DNA from: a virus
Lineage: Duplodnaviria; Caudoviricetes
Strand: one strand, 5' to 3'
IMG/VR virus record: IMGVR_UViG_3300035494_000155
Coordinates: 1-40,508 of that record
Length of the DNA stretch: 40,508 bases
The translations under genes were made by a program, and so were the position numbers. Below are positions 36,069-40,508 of this stretch, in pieces. The notes under the pieces were generated by a model that worked only from the letters and a program-made list of their open reading frames with translations, was not told the DNA's origin and made no database searches. Every line of letters starts with the position of its first letter. Within the stretch, counting starts at the first letter, position 1.

Positions 36069-38229
36069 TTTGTCTCCCTTCTACTTTATACTCTATTTCA
36101 TATATCTCTGCAGTTCCTGATACCTCAAGCTCTAAGTAATAGCCCTTGGAGCCCTGTCTGAGTTTAATCTCAGTAGTGGTTACTGAGGTGGAGTTTAAAT
36201 CAACATCTGCAAATACTTCTCCATCAATATAAGCTATTACCTTACAGCTACCTAAATATGAGATATATAGGTTCTTATATGTTTTTAACTGAGTAATAGA
36301 CCCTTCGGTTAATCTTCCAGACTTCCAGATATATTCCTCAGGACTTTGTCCAGATAGCAACTGATATATGTACCCATCTTTATACCCATATAAAGCGTTA
36401 TCTAGAGATTTAGCATAGCTGTATGCTTTACTCATAGTATATACTTTAGGATTTATCTGGAAGTCAAATACTACGACACCTTCAACATAAAATAGGTAAT
36501 AGTTATGGTTTAGTACAGAAGCAGTAATAGCTTCAGTTAATCCGTTTAACTTTTTAAATTTTGCAAAATCTCCACACTTCGGAAAAGACAGTAATTCAAC
36601 ATTTACTCCATCTACTGTAGAACATACTCCTGAGTTAGATAACCACACTACCATATTATTAACTTCTCTAATGGTAGCTCCATTTGAGCACCCAAACTCT
36701 TGACTAACCATCAGCTTAGTAAAAGATAAGTGGTCATCTCCTACTATTAGATAGATTAAGTTGGTAGTGAATACTAATAGCCCCGCTCTAATGGGATATA
36801 GCCCAACTATGGCCTCTTCAAAAGATATATAGTGGTCAGTAGGCCAGTTATCAAACTCTATAATTTCACTGTAATATAGGGTATCTCCTTTAGACCCCAT
36901 CAACATCCCTTTATAATATATAAGGTTTATTAATCCTCCTGTAGGAGCTTCCAGTGAAGACCTAGTAAGAATGGGATTAGTGGCTATATCCATATCAGCT
37001 AAATCATCACTAATAACTTGGGTTTCATTGCTATAAGTACCCACTAAAGTAAAGTTACTTATGTCTCCTCCCATTCTATATAGATATATCTTATTAACCT
37101 TGGGGTCGTCGCTTGCTACCAATGCAACCACGGGGTCCCAGTACACCTGTGACTTATAGCTAAGTAAAAAGTCTTGGGTATATGGCAAATTGCTACCAGA
37201 AGAATATTCTGCTATTCCGTCTACTTCTCTGACATAGGTAGCTACGTAATATCTATTTGATAGTACCTCTCCGCCTAACGGTACAGTGTACTCTGCTATC
37301 TTATCATCATAATCTAGTACTCCTTTAGAAGGTAGTAATACTGATACTAGCATATATCCGAATTCCTCTGGAATATACCTATAGGCCTCTATATTATGAG
37401 TACTACTCGTATTGGTGATAAGGATAGTCCCAAACCACCCTTCACCAGAATAGCTAAGTTCTACTGAGTCATAAGATACATACACGCTATCATAATTTCT
37501 CTTATTAACTAAAATAAACTTATTCTTTAGCAGTGTAGTATAATTATACCTAGTGGGGATTTGTGGTCCCGCTAATACCGTATCATAATCTAGTAAGTAC
37601 ATGGTATCTAAGTCAACAGTATCTATGGTAGTAGGGTCATCGCTTCTTGATACCTTAAAAGATATGTTACTGGTATTACTTCCAATAGTCATTTCGATGG
37701 AGGTAATAGACATCACATCAGATAAAGTTATGTAGCCAGCTTCCCCTGCTACTCCATGGAAAGAAACGTTAAAGCTTCCAGTAGTAGTTAAACCTTTAAC
37801 GGTAAAGGATAAAGTCCCTGAGCCTATAGGGAGTACTCCATAATGAAGATATACAATATCTAAAGACTCGATGGTATCAACCAGCTCCCAGGTAGATAGG
37901 CCTGACGTGGGAGTTATAAAATCTTCAGGCTGAGCTATTCCTATGGATAATGTGCTATCTCCGTCATTTACCATAAGGTTAGTTGGAGTAGTATAGTACA
38001 GCTTATCTCTGTACTCTACAAAATTAGTTTGGTTCTCAACTGATACCCACTTGCCTTTAAATTTGGTAAAGAAAGGATATGAAGTAATGGATACGGGGCT
38101 ATCGGAATTAACCGGAACTATGCTTCCGCTTACTGAGTCGATATTAGAACAGATTATTGCCTCATTAGCCGCTAATAGATGCTTACTTACCCTATTACTA
38201 ATTCCTCCGCTAAAATCTAATAATTGCAT
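36058..38229 (-). CDS. Tail nozzle / stabilisation protein (P22 gp10-like)
   Basis: DFSGGI start, LYYSE..NWP, GC..TI, beta-propeller character; likely start ATG 38229. Confidence 0.8.
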   Translation of the reverse strand: MQLLDFSGGISNRVSKHLLAANEAIICSNIDSVSGSIVPVNSDSPVSITSYPFFTKFKGKWVSVENQTNFVEYRDKLYYTTPTNLMVNDGDSTLSIGIAQPEDFITPTSGLSTWELVDTIESLDIVYLHYGVLPIGSGTLSFTVKGLTTTGSFNVSFHGVAGEAGYITLSDVMSITSIEMTIGSNTSNISFKVSRSDDPTTIDTVDLDTMYLLDYDTVLAGPQIPTRYNYTTLLKNKFILVNKRNYDSVYVSYDSVELSYSGEGWFGTILITNTSSTHNIEAYRYIPEEFGYMLVSVLLPSKGVLDYDDKIAEYTVPLGGEVLSNRYYVATYVREVDGIAEYSSGSNLPYTQDFLLSYKSQVYWDPVVALVASDDPKVNKIYLYRMGGDISNFTLVGTYSNETQVISDDLADMDIATNPILTRSSLEAPTGGLINLIYYKGMLMGSKGDTLYYSEIIEFDNWPTDHYISFEEAIVGLYPIRAGLLVFTTNLIYLIVGDDHLSFTKLMVSQEFGCSNGATIREVNNMVVWLSNSGVCSTVDGVNVELLSFPKCGDFAKFKKLNGLTEAITASVLNHNYYLFYVEGVVVFDFQINPKVYTMSKAYSYAKSLDNALYGYKDGYIYQLLSGQSPEEYIWKSGRLTEGSITQLKTYKNLYISYLGSCKVIAYIDGEVFADVDLNSTSVTTTEIKLRQGSKGYYLELEVSGTAEIYEIEYKVEGRQNGR

Positions 38230-38230
38230 G

Positions 38231-38680
38231 TTATACCTTAAAGTAATTAATACCATCTATAGTGGTATATAGCATTAGCTCTTCGCTAGCTAGTAGCTTA
38301 GCCTCCACGTGAAACCATTGCTTTCCTGATACATTCTCATATATAATTTTTCTAATACCTTTTAGGCTTTCTTTATTACCTAGTATTAGCTCCCAAGCTT
38401 TTTCTGGTGTAGTATCTAAGGTAACAAAATCACCTGTATTTCCTAGTTTATGGGAAGATGTGCTACTACCACCAACTAACCTATTTAATTCCTCTCCTCT
38501 AAATCCTGAGGTACATAGTAGACGGCCAAGAAAAGCTCTGAGCTCTTCTCCTGCATACCCTAGGTATTTTAACCTTTTCATAATAAGAGGATCTGCCATA
38601 GCTTCTTTCCTATTAGTCTCTACAACTTCTTTGAATTGTCTTGAGTCGGTTAACTCATTAAACGAAAAATGTTCAGTCAT
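38231..38680 (-). CDS. Endolysin, peptidase M15 family
   Basis: HFSFNEL, SGFR..LN..VGG..SSH..G..D, WFHV zinc ligands. Confidence 0.88.
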   Translation of the reverse strand: MTEHFSFNELTDSRQFKEVVETNRKEAMADPLIMKRLKYLGYAGEELRAFLGRLLCTSGFRGEELNRLVGGSSTSSHKLGNTGDFVTLDTTPEKAWELILGNKESLKGIRKIIYENVSGKQWFHVEAKLLASEELMLYTTIDGINYFKV

Positions 38681-38889
38681 TCCTCTCCCCTACACGCTTT
38701 TATTTTTAAGTTATGTTTATAAACCTCAGTCATCCAGCTATTTACTGCACTGCTATTAGTATCCTTTATTTTTCCTAATACCTCTTGTGAGGGATTAGGA
38801 AAAGGAGGACAAACGCTATTTGTCTTTGTGCACCCAGTTACTAGACAAGTAAATATCGTCAATAATGGGATCGTTATTGATGTCTTCAT
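38677..38889 (-). CDS. o-spanin-like lipoprotein
   Basis: Signal peptide with lipobox LVTGC, Pro-rich; overlaps i-spanin. Confidence 0.75.
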   Translation of the reverse strand: MKTSITIPLLTIFTCLVTGCTKTNSVCPPFPNPSQEVLGKIKDTNSSAVNSWMTEVYKHNLKIKACRGEE

Positions 38890-39016
38890 ATTTTTTCCTT
38901 AGCTCTTCAGCCTCTTCCAGCTTTTTTAGCTTTTCTGAGTCTTTTCCAGACTTGTAAAAGAAAAAAAGGACAATAGCTAATATTGCCCCTTTAATATATT
39001 TAAGATACCTTTCCAT
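38816..39016 (-). CDS. i-spanin-like membrane protein
   Basis: N-terminal TM segment plus coiled coil, overlapping the lipoprotein gene. Confidence 0.65.
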   Translation of the reverse strand: MERYLKYIKGAILAIVLFFFYKSGKDSEKLKKLEEAEELRKKYEDINNDPIIDDIYLSSNWVHKDK

Positions 39017-39197
39017 CGTCTCGCCTTGGGCTAATTCCTGCCTTAGTTTTAACTAATGCGCCTAAGACTTTTCCTACCCAGTTCCATTTTTCCGCCTTCT
39101 CAGGAGGCATGATATACACAATAATAGCTTGAACTGCGACTAGTACTGCAATTAGTACACCTATTAACTCTTCTATATTCCCGAGTAAATTTTCCAT
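39000..39197 (-). CDS. Putative holin
   Basis: 65 aa, TM helix plus amphipathic helix, charged C-terminus, in lysis cassette. Confidence 0.55.
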   Translation of the reverse strand: MENLLGNIEELIGVLIAVLVAVQAIIVYIMPPEKAEKWNWVGKVLGALVKTKAGISPRRDDGKVS

Positions 39198-39200
39198 TAC

Positions 39201-39641
39201 CTATCCTTTAACTGAGATAACTAAGCCAATTAAGGCTGTTATTACTAAACCAAACACTAACCTAACTACCCAAGTAATTGAGCTATCTATTTTATCTATA
39301 CGTTTATGAGCAGATTTTACTGCTTCATTCTGCTTAAGTAGCGAAGGACACCCTATAACATTCATAATATGGTCGTATTGCTCCTTATTGATCTCAAGCT
39401 TCTCTACCCTGCTATAAACCCTCCCAAAGGACTCCTTTAAGTCCTTATCCATATTAGTAAATCGCTCCATAAGAATATTCTGGGTGTTTATGACAGAAGT
39501 CATATCCTCTATCTTACGGTTAGAAGTACCAACAGAGGCTGCTAGGGTTTGTATGCTATTAACTAAGTGCTCAATAGACAGTTCCAGCTTATCTATCTTT
39601 TTGTCATGGGTAAGTAATAGCTGCTTATCCTCCATTTCCAC
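39201..39641 (-). CDS. Coiled-coil protein with C-terminal TM (XhlA/holin-associated)
   Basis: KSAHKRID..ITWVVRLVFGLVITALIGLVI. Confidence 0.6.
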   Translation of the reverse strand: MEMEDKQLLLTHDKKIDKLELSIEHLVNSIQTLAASVGTSNRKIEDMTSVINTQNILMERFTNMDKDLKESFGRVYSRVEKLEINKEQYDHIMNVIGCPSLLKQNEAVKSAHKRIDKIDSSITWVVRLVFGLVITALIGLVISVKG

Positions 39642-39642
39642 T

Positions 39643-39966
39643 TTAGCCCTTTCTAATATATTTTGTGTATAGCTTTACAGCCGCTATCATAGCTTTGGTT
39701 TCATAGGTAAGCCCTATCTCAGTAAGCATTTTCTCAAAATACTTATCAGCCATTTGGTAGTCTTTCTTACTACATAAGTAATCATGTACTATAACAGCTG
39801 GTAAGTACTTCGGCTTAAATGGAGGTACAAAAGACCAGAAAGGCCTAGGTACATCAGCCCCATTGGTTTCATATCCTTTAGGCACGGTAACATTACCGTA
39901 CTTATAAGGGGATAAAACCCTATAAGTATTATTAGGGGTGGGTTGTACCTGGGGATAAGTAATCAT
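39643..39966 (-). CDS. DUF1353 family protein
   Basis: VPKGYETNGADVPR.FW, AVIVHDYL, ADKYF. Confidence 0.85.
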   Translation of the reverse strand: MITYPQVQPTPNNTYRVLSPYKYGNVTVPKGYETNGADVPRPFWSFVPPFKPKYLPAVIVHDYLCSKKDYQMADKYFEKMLTEIGLTYETKAMIAAVKLYTKYIRKG

Positions 39967-40451
39967 AATAAGCTGGCCTCTTGAAACATAATATCCAAGT
40001 TTTCTTCTGATAGCCCTAGGTTAGTTGCCATAGCGGTAACTAAATGGTCCTTTCTGTTTACTACATTTGAATATTCCCATGCAATCTCGGCTTCTTTATC
40101 TGTAGCTATTAAAGCCTCGGCTGCAGCTAAAAGTCCCGCTCTATATAGATAAAGTCTAGCTTGTTTCATGGAAACTTCTTCAATTTTAGTAGGAGCTGTA
40201 TATTCTTGTCCAGAGTGGAACCCGAAGTTGATGGCCTCTTCAACAGTTAGCAAACCTAGCTCTACCGCTTGGCTCCCATTGACGAACTTCCCTTTGATAT
40301 AACCTTCACCTATTTTGGCTACCTTAGTATCATCCTCTGAGTCATAAACATATGAGGCGTACACTTTGTCAGAAAAGTACTCCTCCATAAAAGCCGGGTC
40401 GGCAACTATAATATCACTTACTATATTGTTTTCTATAATAGCATAATACAT
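39963..40451 (-). CDS. Tail fibre-associated / assembly protein
   Basis: YAIIENNIV N-terminus; VSMKQARL..L..WEYS..R..L..LD.MF C-terminus; follows fibre. Confidence 0.65.
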   Translation of the reverse strand: MYYAIIENNIVSDIIVADPAFMEEYFSDKVYASYVYDSEDDTKVAKIGEGYIKGKFVNGSQAVELGLLTVEEAINFGFHSGQEYTAPTKIEEVSMKQARLYLYRAGLLAAAEALIATDKEAEIAWEYSNVVNRKDHLVTAMATNLGLSEENLDIMFQEASLL

Positions 40452-40464
40452 ATTTACTCCTTAA

Positions 40465-40508
40465 TTACCATCTTATAACCACTTTTCCGGAGCCGCCAGC
40501 TCCTCCGA
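40465..40508 (-). CDS. 3' end of the Gly-rich tail fibre gene (continuation of 1..912)
   Basis: ..GGAGGSGKVVIRW* is the typical end of Gly-rich fibre domains. Confidence 0.85.
   Translation of the reverse strand, partial: GGAGGSGKVVIRW

Noticed and set aside
2398-39672. Many short opposite-strand or nested ORFs in the track (e.g. 7542..7970, 21603..21917, 25783..26175, 38460..38759)
   Set aside because: Mostly embedded in well-supported genes, without RBS or motifs.
1-40508. Stop-codon recoding, prophage status, tRNA genes
   Set aside because: Genes are intact and densely packed in code 11 with all three stops used; no integrase, att site or host flanks; no cloverleaf recognised in intergenic gaps by eye.

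Overview
The window is a nearly complete (~40.5 kb), AT-rich tailed-phage genome of podovirus type. I see no integrase, RNA polymerase, tRNA or CRISPR array. Both contig ends fall inside the same Gly-rich tail-fibre gene, so it looks circularly permuted with a short gap. The minus-strand late module encodes terS, terL, scaffold, a DUF4043-like capsid protein, adaptor, two tail fibres, a lysis cassette (spanin pair, M15 endolysin), nozzle, ejection proteins and a displaced portal. The plus-strand module (8.9-28.1 kb) encodes a PrimPol-helicase, DenV-like glycosylase, ThyX, SF1B helicase, SSB, PolA, 5'-3' exonuclease, MazG, DEDD exonuclease, ATP ligase, VRR-NUC and an SF2 helicase. The spanins imply a Gram-negative host; promoter style suggests Campylobacterota (inference only). 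The most interesting signals are three. (1) A candidate cytosine-hypermodification cassette: a ThyA-fold enzyme with the dCMP-specifying Asp, coupled to a C5-methyltransferase-like enzyme with Lys in place of the motif X Asn, the substitution that in engineered M.MpeI N374K yields a carboxy-SAM-dependent carboxymethyltransferase. (2) A 29-bp RNA hairpin whose loop is complementary to the extended RBS of four early genes. (3) A repeat-rich terminal/control region with a 17-bp array and an 82-bp element duplicated 14.5 kb away. All protein calls come from motif recognition by eye; no searches were run.
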